A stretch of DNA of 64,000 nt from an archaeon (lineage in GTDB: Archaea > Iainarchaeota > Iainarchaeia > Iainarchaeales > 0-14-0-20-34-12), in contig JBBSVU010000016.1 of the NCBI GenBank assembly GCA_038046645.1, forward strand, positions 652 through 64,651, written 5' to 3'. The notes under the pieces are model-generated. The model searched no databases. It was not told where the DNA came from and saw only the letters and a program-made list of their open reading frames with translations. The position numbers and the translations under genes were made by a program. Numbering within the stretch: the first letter of the stretch is position 1; the number at the start of each line of letters is the position of its first letter. Shown here piece by piece: positions 1 through 9,128 of this stretch.

Positions 1-1341
1 CAGCAAGTGAGTGATGCACAGCCAGGTCAAGATTTGCATCAGGCGGATATTGAAAAAGCATGTGGCAATAACTTGGTTGATGTGGGTGAAACATGCTCTT
101 CCTGCCCTGCTGATGTGAAATGCAAGCCAAATGAGCAATGCGAGAACGAAAAATGTTATATTAAAGCCCTTAAAACAGATTTGGATAAATATTCCTGTTC
201 AGGTATTTGTGCAAATGATGAATTCTGCAATTCTAAAGGGAAATGTGAAAAGGTTGAATTGAAAAATATGGATTATTGCGGAAATTTTGTTTGTGAGAAT
301 GATGAGAATTATTCAGGAAAAACATTAAAGACCGAGGATATGGGTTCGCAATGCTATCCAGACTGCCAAGCAGCTTGCTCTTCTGAATACTGCAATGATT
401 TTGTGGAAATACAGTGTGGTTGTCCTGAATATGACGCATTGGCAGAAAGGCATGGTTGCATTAATGATGCAGAACCCTGCACTGATTGCGGCGTTCAAGA
501 ATCATTATTCCCGGAACTTTTGAAAATACAAACTGAGATTTATAATTGCCTAGTGGATTATTTCAAGTTCAAGCCAAGCAGGTTAATTTACAAGGTTTTC
601 AATAATCCTAACTTGCCAAAATGTGAACAGCTAGATGGTTGTGAAGGCACAGAGGGCGGTGCTGGTGGTGCTGATTATGTAATGTTCCATAATCTTGATG
701 GTTTGCACCTTTATGGTGAACCCTACCCAACAAAGCCAGAACATTTGCAGGCAGATGTCCATGAAACAACCCATTATTTCCTTTACCAGATGCTGCACGG
801 CATTCCTTCGTGGTTCCATGAGGTTGTGGCAATCCAAACAAATGAGCGCCTGAATTGCTCAGACAAACAATCCTATTGGGGTGATGCATATCTGTCTTTT
901 AAGGAACAGGGCGGAGGCATCGAGATGGATGATGGCACACAGTTAAATGTTGATTTTTATAAAAGGTTAAAAGAAGGAAAGACTTCCTTGTCTGAAGAAG
1001 AAAAAAAGGACCATTATATTACTTCAGTATTATTCATAATCGGTTTGGAGAAGGAATATGATTGTGGATTTTATTGCATAAGGGATGTTGTTTTGAAGTT
1101 GCATGAATATGAACTCAAGGAATGTGCGGCAAGTGATAAAAATTGTGCAATCCAAAAAGTTCTTGATAAGTTTTTTACTGCTTACCTAGCTGGCAGCCAA
1201 GAAGCTGCAAATGACCGCATAAAAATGACGTTTGATGAAGTCACAGGAAAGGATACTTCTGAGTTATTTAATCTGCTTGAAATAGGGAAATATGAACCTT
1301 TGCCTTCTCCCTGCGGCCCAACAAGTACATGCACGAAATAA
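1..1341 (+). CDS. Secreted cysteine-rich protein with HExxH metallopeptidase-like region (5' end cut by window edge)
   Basis: Frame is open from base 1 (track ORF 7..1341). N-terminal ~170 aa contain many Cys motifs, e.g. 'CGNNLVDVGETCSSCPADVKC'. 'HETTH' at nt 760-774 matches HExxH, with further His/Glu just downstream ('QMLHG','WFHEVV'). Confidence 0.6.
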   Translation, partial: QQVSDAQPGQDLHQADIEKACGNNLVDVGETCSSCPADVKCKPNEQCENEKCYIKALKTDLDKYSCSGICANDEFCNSKGKCEKVELKNMDYCGNFVCENDENYSGKTLKTEDMGSQCYPDCQAACSSEYCNDFVEIQCGCPEYDALAERHGCINDAEPCTDCGVQESLFPELLKIQTEIYNCLVDYFKFKPSRLIYKVFNNPNLPKCEQLDGCEGTEGGAGGADYVMFHNLDGLHLYGEPYPTKPEHLQADVHETTHYFLYQMLHGIPSWFHEVVAIQTNERLNCSDKQSYWGDAYLSFKEQGGGIEMDDGTQLNVDFYKRLKEGKTSLSEEEKKDHYITSVLFIIGLEKEYDCGFYCIRDVVLKLHEYELKECAASDKNCAIQKVLDKFFTAYLAGSQEAANDRIKMTFDEVTGKDTSELFNLLEIGKYEPLPSPCGPTSTCTK

Positions 1342-1423
1342 ATAAAGCAGATTTTGCTGTGCGAATATTGAGCTAATTTTTTGTTTTTTATTATTATTTA
1401 AATAAATCTGTTCATTATTTTGT

Positions 1424-2584
1424 ATGTTGAACTTACCAAAAAATCAATTTTTCTTATTGTTAATTATATTTCTGCTAGCATTATTCACAGGAACAGTTTA
1501 TTCAGCTTCAGCAGTTTCCTGTTCAAGTGTATTGCAATGTTTATCAATTATAGATTCAAAAGCATATGGCTTATTATTTGAAAATAAGTTTGAGCCTTTG
1601 TCTATATCTTCAAGCATTGCTGAGCCAATTGCAACAGCAGATGCTGATAAAGAAACAAAACAATTGGAAGAGCCTTTGCCCGATACTGTGGTTGCATCAG
1701 AAAATTTCTCTTTCGCAGTAGTTTCAGATACCCACATAGGTAGAAAATTGTCCGGAGGAAAGGTTTATCCGGAAGAATGGCTGGAAAAGACAGTTGCTTC
1801 AATTAATGCCCAAGAAATTCCTTTGGCATTTTTTACTGGTGATTTAACAAATGCGGGAATAAAAGAGCAATTTGATGAATTATTCTCAATAATTGATAAA
1901 TTAAACCCTGATGTTATTTTTGTTCCACTGATAGGAAACCATGATGGGAGCCTTTCCTCAAAGAAAGCTTTGTTTGCAAAATACTCATTAACTGGAAAAT
2001 CAGGAATAACAAATTTCAAGGGGGAATTTCCTTTATATTATTCTTTTGATTTTAAAGGCAGCCATTTTGTTGCACTTTCAATAACAACTAAAAATGTTTC
2101 AAGCAGTGCTTCTTTGGCGAATGCCCTTAAAACATGGTTTGAAATGGATTTGCAAGAGGCTAAGGGAAAGTACAATCATTTCCTTGTTTTTTCGCACTTT
2201 CCTTTAAAAAATACCGGCACAACCGGAACTGATATTGAATTGTCATCTTCAGAAAGAAGCTGGTTTGTTGAACGGTTAAAGCAGGTGAATGCAGTATGGG
2301 TTTCAGGTCATAGGCATGTTTATTATAAAGGAAATGTTTTAGGTATTCCGCAGGTTGCGGTAGCAACCAACGTAAAAGGGCTTATTGATAAGCTTCATAT
2401 GCTTGCAGGAACAATAAGGCAATCCAATTCCTATGTTGTTGTTGATGTTGCAAAAAACAGCCTTAACATTAAAGCATTGGACGGAAGCACTGATTTTGCT
2501 TCAATCATGGAAGAACCCACTTCCAAAATATCCGGGTTTGATTCCTTTAATTATAAGCAAACCACAATGGTTGCAAGCAATTAA
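1424..2584 (+). CDS. Calcineurin-like metallophosphoesterase, N-terminal signal/anchor
   Basis: Motifs 'VVSDTHIG', 'GDLTNAG', 'GNHD', 'GHRH'. Hydrophobic N-terminus 'FFLLLIIFLLALFTG'. Confidence 0.8.
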   Translation: MLNLPKNQFFLLLIIFLLALFTGTVYSASAVSCSSVLQCLSIIDSKAYGLLFENKFEPLSISSSIAEPIATADADKETKQLEEPLPDTVVASENFSFAVVSDTHIGRKLSGGKVYPEEWLEKTVASINAQEIPLAFFTGDLTNAGIKEQFDELFSIIDKLNPDVIFVPLIGNHDGSLSSKKALFAKYSLTGKSGITNFKGEFPLYYSFDFKGSHFVALSITTKNVSSSASLANALKTWFEMDLQEAKGKYNHFLVFSHFPLKNTGTTGTDIELSSSERSWFVERLKQVNAVWVSGHRHVYYKGNVLGIPQVAVATNVKGLIDKLHMLAGTIRQSNSYVVVDVAKNSLNIKALDGSTDFASIMEEPTSKISGFDSFNYKQTTMVASN

Positions 2585-2595
2585 CTAATTGCTTT

Positions 2596-2886
2596 TTATG
2601 GCAAAGTAAAAAGCTGGTCATCTTCTGCTTTAAACACTTTAGCTCTTACGCCAGCATCTAACCAGGCATGTGCATATGAAAAAGCAGCCAATGCAGTAAG
2701 AAGATCACCTTTTTCCTGAAAATGCTTTGCATCATTGAAATAGTTTTTTGCCATTGAAAGGAAATCGGCTGCAATTTTATCCTCATTTTCAGAATTCTTT
2801 TCATTAATTTCAATAACCTTCAGGGCTTTTTCTGTCAATTTTCGGTATTTCCCAACCTTTTCTTCCAATCCCTTAATTTTATCCAT
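2596..2886 (-). CDS. Small archaeal DUF357-like protein
   Basis: 96 aa, helical. The 'LAAFSYAHAWLDAGVR' motif resembles the archaeal DUF357 family as I recall it. Confidence 0.5.
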   Translation of the reverse strand: MDKIKGLEEKVGKYRKLTEKALKVIEINEKNSENEDKIAADFLSMAKNYFNDAKHFQEKGDLLTALAAFSYAHAWLDAGVRAKVFKAEDDQLFTLP

Positions 2887-2919
2887 ATTTTTTCACAAAT
2901 TTTATTTTTTTGCAACCTA

Positions 2920-3627
2920 TTAACCTTTAGGCCTTGTAATCCTTATCCTTTGTTTTATCCTGCGTGGTTTCCATGTTTTTCTTACAATTTTTTTCTTTGC
3001 CTTAGGGGTTAATTCTTCGGTTCCTTCTTTTACAACCGAACATCTCTTTTCATTTATGTCAAACATCTCGCCAAACCGTTCCAGATTTGTTTTAACACAA
3101 GAGCCACTTATCTCTCCATAACCAAAAATCCTTGCCCCATTATTTATCTTAAATCCTCTTTCTCTTAATCCCCTTTGTATTTCATAAAAACTTCCACTTA
3201 TTGTATCCTTAGCTACAATTAACCTGTTGCCCAATGTTCTTTCTGCAAATTCAAGCAATTTTCCTTGTTTATGCCTTAACCTTCTAAAGCTTTCTCCAAT
3301 TTTTCTAAGATTCATTCCCCTTCTTTCCACCGAATGCTCTTCCATTGCCTCTTCTTTTCTTATCCTTTCAATTGGTTCAAGAAACTTATTAGTTTGTTGC
3401 ACAATCACAACAATCTGCCCCTTTTTCCCTTTTGCTTTATTTATTACACTGCCCCAGTAATCACCAAGCCTTTTAGCATAACGTTCAGAGTTAGCATTTG
3501 TTAAACCAGAATATCCCTGTGTTTCATAACTTGTACCGGCTTTTTGACCTCTTGCGGACCTATATATAAAAGGGTGAAACCCAAAATAAGGGTGCACAAT
3601 TAGGTCTACCCTGAATATTTCTTCCAT
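2920..3627 (-). CDS. Hypothetical protein with strongly basic C-terminal tail
   Basis: 235-aa ORF overlapping the dph5 stop by 22 nt. No motif recognised. C-terminus 'KKKIVRKTWKPRRIKQRIRITRPKG'. Confidence 0.5.
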   Translation of the reverse strand: MEEIFRVDLIVHPYFGFHPFIYRSARGQKAGTSYETQGYSGLTNANSERYAKRLGDYWGSVINKAKGKKGQIVVIVQQTNKFLEPIERIRKEEAMEEHSVERRGMNLRKIGESFRRLRHKQGKLLEFAERTLGNRLIVAKDTISGSFYEIQRGLRERGFKINNGARIFGYGEISGSCVKTNLERFGEMFDINEKRCSVVKEGTEELTPKAKKKIVRKTWKPRRIKQRIRITRPKG

Positions 3628-4373
3628 AATTCTAAAGCCTCTTTTTCCTTTTCATCCAGCTGCGCGCAAACGATCAGGCAAGCAGGGGTATCAAATTCCA
3701 TTTTTATCAAATCCTGTATTTTCCCAAAAACAATCTTTTCATCTTCAGCGCCGGCTTTTGAAATTATTCCAATCAAGGTATTGTCAAAGATATGCCCGCT
3801 TCTTTCCTTTGCAATCCCCTGAAGAATCTCAAGTGCTTCCTTTGGTTTCATCAACCTTTCTTCCTTTGCTTCTTTTTTTATGTCAAGCAAACATAGTGTG
3901 TGCATGCTGTTTGAATAATTGTCCAATATTTTATCATAAAAGCTTTCTGGCTTATAATTTTCCTGCCAGAAAACTATGCTGACTGTTCTGCCAAATTTAT
4001 ATTCGCTTAATCCGGTTTTTCCCAAAAAGCTGAATATTGAAATTCCAGGGATAGTTTCAACAATAATATTTTTTTCTTTGGCATCCAGCAAAAGTTGCAC
4101 ATGGGTTGTTGCAGAAAAAACATTCCCATAAATCAGCAAGGCAATATCCTCTTTTTTTGCTTCAGTTAGGGCTGACTCAAAGCCTTCTTCAACAGCCTTT
4201 CTCCCTAATTCAACCAGTTTTGCCCCAATGATTTTCTCCAATTCTTTAACACTGCCTTCAGCATATTTGCTGGTATATGCCTCAAGATAAATTTTCTTGC
4301 ATTTTTTTATTGCATTCAATGCTTCAAGCGTAAGGTGTTCTGGTTTTAATCCAATTCCTATCAAATATAGCAT
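3606..4373 (-). CDS. dph5: Diphthine synthase
   Basis: N-terminus 'MLYLIGIGLKPEHLTLEALNAIKKCKKIYLEAYTS' and the length (255 aa) are typical of archaeal/eukaryotic diphthine synthase (tetrapyrrole-methylase fold). Confidence 0.85.
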   Translation of the reverse strand: MLYLIGIGLKPEHLTLEALNAIKKCKKIYLEAYTSKYAEGSVKELEKIIGAKLVELGRKAVEEGFESALTEAKKEDIALLIYGNVFSATTHVQLLLDAKEKNIIVETIPGISIFSFLGKTGLSEYKFGRTVSIVFWQENYKPESFYDKILDNYSNSMHTLCLLDIKKEAKEERLMKPKEALEILQGIAKERSGHIFDNTLIGIISKAGAEDEKIVFGKIQDLIKMEFDTPACLIVCAQLDEKEKEALELWKKYSG

Positions 4374-4374
4374 A

Positions 4375-5220
4375 TTATGCCAATCCTATTTTTAGCAGGC
4401 TAGCCCCGCCTGTTGCAAAACCTAAGATTATTAGGAATATTTTGATAAATCCCTTAAGGTTTTCATCCATTATCTCCTTTTCCACATAATGTAAAATCAG
4501 TAAAATTAATATGATTTTTACAAAAATAAAAATCAAAGGAGTATTGTATAGGATCATGCTGCTCAAAACATGCTGTTCCCCAAATCCAAGGTAACTTATT
4601 GCATAATATGCAGTAAAACCGTCAATTGCTTGGCCAGCTAAAGCAAAGATATTCATTTTATCCCTTAATATTTTTATTTTTGCAATATTATTTGCAATCA
4701 GCACAACAAAACCAGTTATGGCTAAAATTGCAATAACATTAATGCCAAAATGGTCAAAGCTTTTGAAATTTGAAAATACAATAAATGCAGGGATAATTGC
4801 GGCAAGTATTCCCCAGCCAGCAATTGCTTTATAAAAATCAATTTTCTTATTCTTCTCAAGCCATTTTGCAAGAAGCAGGCCAATTACCACAACCGCAAAT
4901 ACCAAAAACCAAACGCCAGGGGTATATGTCCAATAGCCTAATTCAAAAGGATTCATTGTTTTCTTTACTAAATCTCCTAGTAGTTCAAATGCATTTATTG
5001 CCCTTAATGCCGTGCCTAATAATATGTAAGGCATTAAAGCCAAGGCAAATTTGTAATTGAATTTAATGCCTCTTTTATCCAGCTGCGGATATACTACAAA
5101 AAAAGAAATCACCAGAAGCAGAATCCCATAAACTGCGGTATTTACAAGGTTATAACCCTGTACTTCTGGGTTGTAAACTGGCTTGACAAAATATTCATTA
5201 ATCATTTCTGCTAAATCCAT
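4375..5220 (-). CDS. Polytopic membrane protein (DUF63-like)
   Basis: 281 aa with about 7-8 hydrophobic segments. Archaeal DUF63-like size and layout. Start lies 2 nt from the dph5 start region. Confidence 0.55.
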   Translation of the reverse strand: MDLAEMINEYFVKPVYNPEVQGYNLVNTAVYGILLLVISFFVVYPQLDKRGIKFNYKFALALMPYILLGTALRAINAFELLGDLVKKTMNPFELGYWTYTPGVWFLVFAVVVIGLLLAKWLEKNKKIDFYKAIAGWGILAAIIPAFIVFSNFKSFDHFGINVIAILAITGFVVLIANNIAKIKILRDKMNIFALAGQAIDGFTAYYAISYLGFGEQHVLSSMILYNTPLIFIFVKIILILLILHYVEKEIMDENLKGFIKIFLIILGFATGGASLLKIGLA

Positions 5221-5388
5221 ATTATTATTCTATTAATTCAGTTTAAAACCTTTATTTGGGTCAAAAAGGGTTATACTTCCCTAACTGTATATTTATAAAG
5301 CATTATTAAACAAGCAAGAGAAAATAAACCAATCAGAAATACGAGCAGCAAATCATTTAAAATCCTGTCTGGCTGATTATTTCTTATT

Positions 5389-6450
5389 ATGCCACAGAAA
5401 TTAGCACTGAAAATTGCTTTAAGAGAAGCAGAGAAAATCCGTTTATTTTTATTATCGAATAACCTGCTTGATACTGCTTTTGAATTGAATAAGGATAAAA
5501 CAAACATATATTTCCCATTAAGTAGCCTGCCAAAAGGGAAAAAACAGGAATTAAGAAAGAAATTCCCAAATGCAGTTTTTGTCAAAGCAGGATTCAGAAG
5601 CAGGAATTTAAAGCCAAGGTCCCTAAAGGATGCATTGAAAGGAAAGCTTACTGGGGAGGAATTCAATTCTTTTATTTCTTCTTATGATACTGTTGGGACA
5701 ATTGCAATCCTTGAAATTCCTGAGGAATTAGAAAAAAAAGAGAAATTAATTGCAGAAACATTGCTTGATTTGCATCATAACATAAAGACTGTTTGCAAGA
5801 TTACAGGATCGCACCAAGGCCCATACCGGATTCAGCCTGTTGAAATCTTGGCAGGCCGGAAAACAACTGAAACATTGCATAAAGAAAAAGGCTGTTTATT
5901 CAAGACAGATGTTTCTAAAGCGTTTTTCTCCCCGCGCTTGTCGCACGAGAGGGAAAGAATTGCCAAGTTGATAAAAAATGGTGAAATTATTGGCGCTTTC
6001 TTTGCTGGTGTTGGCCCATACCCCATCATATTTGCAAAACATTCAAAAATGAAGAAAGCCTATGCGATTGAATTGAACAAAACGGCAGTTAAATATATGA
6101 AAGAAAACATTTCTTTGAATAATGTTGAAGGCAAGGTTGAGGCTATTTTAGGTGATGTCAATAATGAAGCAAAGAAATTCCCTAATTTTTTTGACCGTAT
6201 AGTAATGCCTCTTCCTAGGGATGCAGAGCATTTCCTTGATGCTGCTCTCTTCTCAATAAAATCCGGCGGGGTAATACATTTCTACCAGTTTGTAGATAAG
6301 GATGATCCATATTCCTTGCCATTGAAAAGAATAATGGAATCGGCAGAAAAATTCAAGAAGAAGGTGAAAATATTAAGAAAAGCAGAGGTAAGGAGCTTCT
6401 CTGCTTCAAAGATTCAGGTTGTGGTTGATTTTGAGGTTTTACATTTTTGA
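5389..6450 (+). CDS. trm5: tRNA (guanine37-N1)-methyltransferase Trm5/Taw22 family
   Basis: Met-10+ like SAM-methyltransferase signature 'FSPRLSHERERIAKLIKNGEIIGAFFAGVGPYPI', and C-terminus '...VRSFSASKIQVVVDFEV'. Confidence 0.8.
   Translation: MPQKLALKIALREAEKIRLFLLSNNLLDTAFELNKDKTNIYFPLSSLPKGKKQELRKKFPNAVFVKAGFRSRNLKPRSLKDALKGKLTGEEFNSFISSYDTVGTIAILEIPEELEKKEKLIAETLLDLHHNIKTVCKITGSHQGPYRIQPVEILAGRKTTETLHKEKGCLFKTDVSKAFFSPRLSHERERIAKLIKNGEIIGAFFAGVGPYPIIFAKHSKMKKAYAIELNKTAVKYMKENISLNNVEGKVEAILGDVNNEAKKFPNFFDRIVMPLPRDAEHFLDAALFSIKSGGVIHFYQFVDKDDPYSLPLKRIMESAEKFKKKVKILRKAEVRSFSASKIQVVVDFEVLHF
6375..6439 (+). repeat. trm5 3'-end repeat, copy 1 (functional gene end)
   Basis: Sequence 'aagaaaagcagaggtaaggagcttctctgcttcaaagattcaggttgtggttgattttgaggttt' encodes RKAEVRSFSASKIQVVVDFEV. 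Confidence 0.9.
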
Positions 6451-6473
6451 TTTCTATTGGCCTTATTTATATA

Positions 6474-7736
6474 TTATTCACTTTCTAGCAGTAACCATTT
6501 CCATATTGGAATATATTCTATTTCAATATTTTCTTTTATCTCCCTTTTTTCAATATCTTTGGTTATTATAATAGCTTTATTTGATTTCAATTCTTGTGTT
6601 ACTTTTATGGCACCACTTATATTTGGCATATTATCCTGATATTTTACCTCAATAGGCATATTATTGTGGAGAATGTCTATTTCATAATATTTTCTCCAAA
6701 AGAACTTAGCATCTAAATTTGCTGCCACAATGTTTTCTACAATAAATGGAATGTTACTATATATTCCAGCCTCATTTGATAAAAATGCAGATGCGAGACA
6801 ATGTGTTCCCAGGTAGATTTTTTTTGATTTCCTTGCCCTTGCTATTGGGCTACCGCGGTAGTTATACAAAAGCCTTATTAGGAATGATTTTTCCAAGTAG
6901 CTTACATACTTCGAGGCTGTTTGATATGTAATTTTGAACGCAGTTGCAATCTTCTGGTATTCTATTATTGCCCCGGGCTTTAATGCTAGTGTCTTAAATA
7001 TTTCATAGAGTGTTTCTGATTCTTCTATTTTATATATTTTTGGGATATCATAAAGAATTATTTTCTCTATAATCGATTTTATGTATTTGTTTATTTTTTC
7101 AAAATTTTCTTCCCAAATAAGTTCTGGAAAACCACCTTTTACAAAATAATTAGATAACTCTTTCTTGATATCCCCTGCTTGTAGGTTGATATCCTTTATT
7201 TCTATTCCGCGCAGATAAAGAAATTCCCTGAAGTTCAATGGCGTTAGTTCAAAGTCAAATAGTCTGCCTGCTAAACTTTCTTTAGTTTTCTTTATAAAAA
7301 GACTTGATGATCCACTCACAACAAATTTTATTTTTTTATCCAGATCATAATATCTTTTTAAGATTACCTGCCAGTCTGGAATATTATTTATTTCATCTAG
7401 AAAAACATAGGTTTCTTTTAATTCTGTTTTGAGTATTTCATTCTCATACACATTAAGTAGCTTGTCTATTATCTCTGGATCCTTGCCCATTATCTCATCA
7501 AATGAGAAATAAAGTATCCTTTTTGCATCGGTCTTACTTAATAGGCCCTCAATAATATGGTGCATTAGTATTGTTTTTCCAACCCTTCTCAGCCCAATAA
7601 TCGCTATAATTTGCGGATTGTCCAAATACTTTACTATCTCTTGTGTCAAAAACCTTTTTTTTAGTCCTTTAACCTTTTCAATCTCCTTTCCAATCCACCA
7701 AGGGTTGTTTTTTATTGCCTCAGCTATGAGATCCAT
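6474..7736 (-). CDS. AAA-type ATPase with DUF4143-like C-terminal domain
   Basis: Walker A 'GLRRVGKT' and Walker B-like 'YVFLDEIN'. Same architecture as the paralogue at 61728..62996, with shared C-terminus '...WKWLL'. Confidence 0.8.
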   Translation of the reverse strand: MDLIAEAIKNNPWWIGKEIEKVKGLKKRFLTQEIVKYLDNPQIIAIIGLRRVGKTILMHHIIEGLLSKTDAKRILYFSFDEIMGKDPEIIDKLLNVYENEILKTELKETYVFLDEINNIPDWQVILKRYYDLDKKIKFVVSGSSSLFIKKTKESLAGRLFDFELTPLNFREFLYLRGIEIKDINLQAGDIKKELSNYFVKGGFPELIWEENFEKINKYIKSIIEKIILYDIPKIYKIEESETLYEIFKTLALKPGAIIEYQKIATAFKITYQTASKYVSYLEKSFLIRLLYNYRGSPIARARKSKKIYLGTHCLASAFLSNEAGIYSNIPFIVENIVAANLDAKFFWRKYYEIDILHNNMPIEVKYQDNMPNISGAIKVTQELKSNKAIIITKDIEKREIKENIEIEYIPIWKWLLLESE

Positions 7737-7847
7737 ATGACCTATATCATATATTCAATTTATAAATAGTATACTTAACATACTTCCAATTTTATATTAA
7801 TTATAATTAATATATTGCTAATAACTATTAATCTAGTAACTAACATA

Positions 7848-7912
7848 AAGAAAAGCAGAGGTAAGGAGCTTCTCCGCTTCAAAAATCCAGGTTGTTATTG
7901 ATTTTGAGGTTT
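7848..7912 (+). repeat. trm5 3'-end repeat, copy 2 (orphan fragment with its own stop at 7921-7923)
   Basis: Reads RKAEVRSFSASKIQVVIDFEVCPV* in frame. It differs from copy 1 by 5 substitutions over the aligned codons, and 4 of them are synonymous. Confidence 0.85.
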
Positions 7913-7973
7913 GTCCTGTATGACTCAAAGTGCATGGCTTGCATAAGCCTTTGTTGCTTTAGCTGTAAACTAT

Positions 7974-8933
7974 TTACTTAATATATCTAAGGTAGCCTGC
8001 AAAGAAGTTCTCAAATGTTTTTTTGTATTTTTCCAGGAAAAACCTCTCAAGATTTTTTGTATATCCTCTGTGAAAATCTTCTAGCGACTTAATATAAGAA
8101 TCCCTTTGTGTTTTTCTGATAATTAATGGGGGATAATTCTCATTAACCAACATAGCTAGGGCAATGAATCTGCCTACCCTGCCGTTGCCATCTGAAAATG
8201 GGTGAATCTTTTCAAAGTTCCCGTGGAATAATGCCGACAATTGTAATGGATGGATATTTTCGGTTTTTTCATATATTTCAATTAAGGCATTCATTTCATC
8301 ATGGACTTTTTCCGGCAGTGTTAGTTCTATCTGTGACCCAATTATCTCATTTGGAAATTGCTTATACCCTACCCTAGTGTCAATGTTTTTCATCAGCATT
8401 TTGTGCATTTTTATTATATCCTTCTCAGATATTTTAAACTTTTTTTTGAGGATTCTCTCCAGTACCTCTCTTGAATTTTTTGTTTCATATATCTCCCTTA
8501 AATCCTTGCCTTCTAATGACTTGCCTTCAAACATAATAATAGCAACATCTTTCAGTGTTAAGGAACTGCCTTCAATTGCATTTGATTCATATGTGAAGTT
8601 TGCAGTAAATCTGTCAAAAACATCCCTGAGCTGCTCTTTGGAAAAATTTTTTAATAATTCGCCGTAGTCTACCTTAATTCCTTCAATCTTTTTAATCTGG
8701 TCTTCTGAGAAAATTTCATCATTTTTATACATATTTACTGCATATGAAGCATTTGCCATCTTTTGCTTCTCAATAAAAAAAGATTTATTTTCTTTTGCCA
8801 ATTCATCAATGCTCTTATTTTTTGCATCAACAAGCTTCTGGAGTGAAATAACCTTGCCATTAGGCAAGCGTATCGATTTCATCAAATATGTGTATTCTTT
8901 GCCTTTAACTTTCTTAACTGATAAATAGGTCAT
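7974..8933 (-). CDS. Fic-family protein (AMPylase-type), class II-like with internal inhibitory motif
   Basis: Fic motif 'HPFSDGNGRVGR'. Upstream 'SNAIEG' fits the (S/T)xxxE(G/N) inhibitory-helix motif. Confidence 0.85.
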   Translation of the reverse strand: MTYLSVKKVKGKEYTYLMKSIRLPNGKVISLQKLVDAKNKSIDELAKENKSFFIEKQKMANASYAVNMYKNDEIFSEDQIKKIEGIKVDYGELLKNFSKEQLRDVFDRFTANFTYESNAIEGSSLTLKDVAIIMFEGKSLEGKDLREIYETKNSREVLERILKKKFKISEKDIIKMHKMLMKNIDTRVGYKQFPNEIIGSQIELTLPEKVHDEMNALIEIYEKTENIHPLQLSALFHGNFEKIHPFSDGNGRVGRFIALAMLVNENYPPLIIRKTQRDSYIKSLEDFHRGYTKNLERFFLEKYKKTFENFFAGYLRYIK

Positions 8934-8941
8934 AATATATA

Positions 8942-8986
8942 GTTAACGTTACAATTTAAAAGCATATCATTTTATGTAACGTTAAC
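8942..8986 (-). promoter_or_regulatory. Putative operator: 12-bp perfect inverted repeat flanking the Fic TATA-like box
   Basis: gttaacgttaca (8942-8953) and tgtaacgttaac (8975-8986). The 21-nt spacer contains 'tttaaaa' about 25 nt from the Fic ATG (8933). Confidence 0.45.
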
Positions 8987-9024
8987 CTGCTTGTTCTGTC
9001 CTATTTTCTCTATTGCTAATTAGT

Positions 9025-9075
9025 AAAAAAGCAGAGGTAAGGAGTTTCTCTGCTTCAAAAATTCAGGTTGTGATT
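9025..9075 (+). repeat. trm5 3'-end repeat, copy 3 (orphan fragment with its own stop at 9091-9093)
   Basis: Reads KKAEVRSFSASKIQVVIYFTLY* in frame. Differences from copy 1 in the shared part are agc>agt and aag>aaa (both synonymous) and gtt>att (V>I). Confidence 0.8.
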
Positions 9076-9128
9076 TATTTTACTTTGTATTAATTTTTTT
9101 TGATTACTCTGCTTTTTTATTAATTTTT

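Larger units (their letters stand above)
6451..9075. mobile_element. Two tandem single-gene cassettes bounded by trm5 3'-end copies (putative decayed integrated elements; no integrase present)
   Basis: Cassette 1 holds the DUF4143 ATPase and cassette 2 holds Fic. Each cassette is followed by an in-frame, mostly synonymously diverged copy of the last ~20 codons of trm5. Confidence 0.45.

Noticed and set aside
5271-5666. 131-aa minus-strand ORF overlapping the trm5 start
   Set aside because: It is antisense to the well-supported trm5 gene, and its hydrophobic low-complexity translation has no motif.
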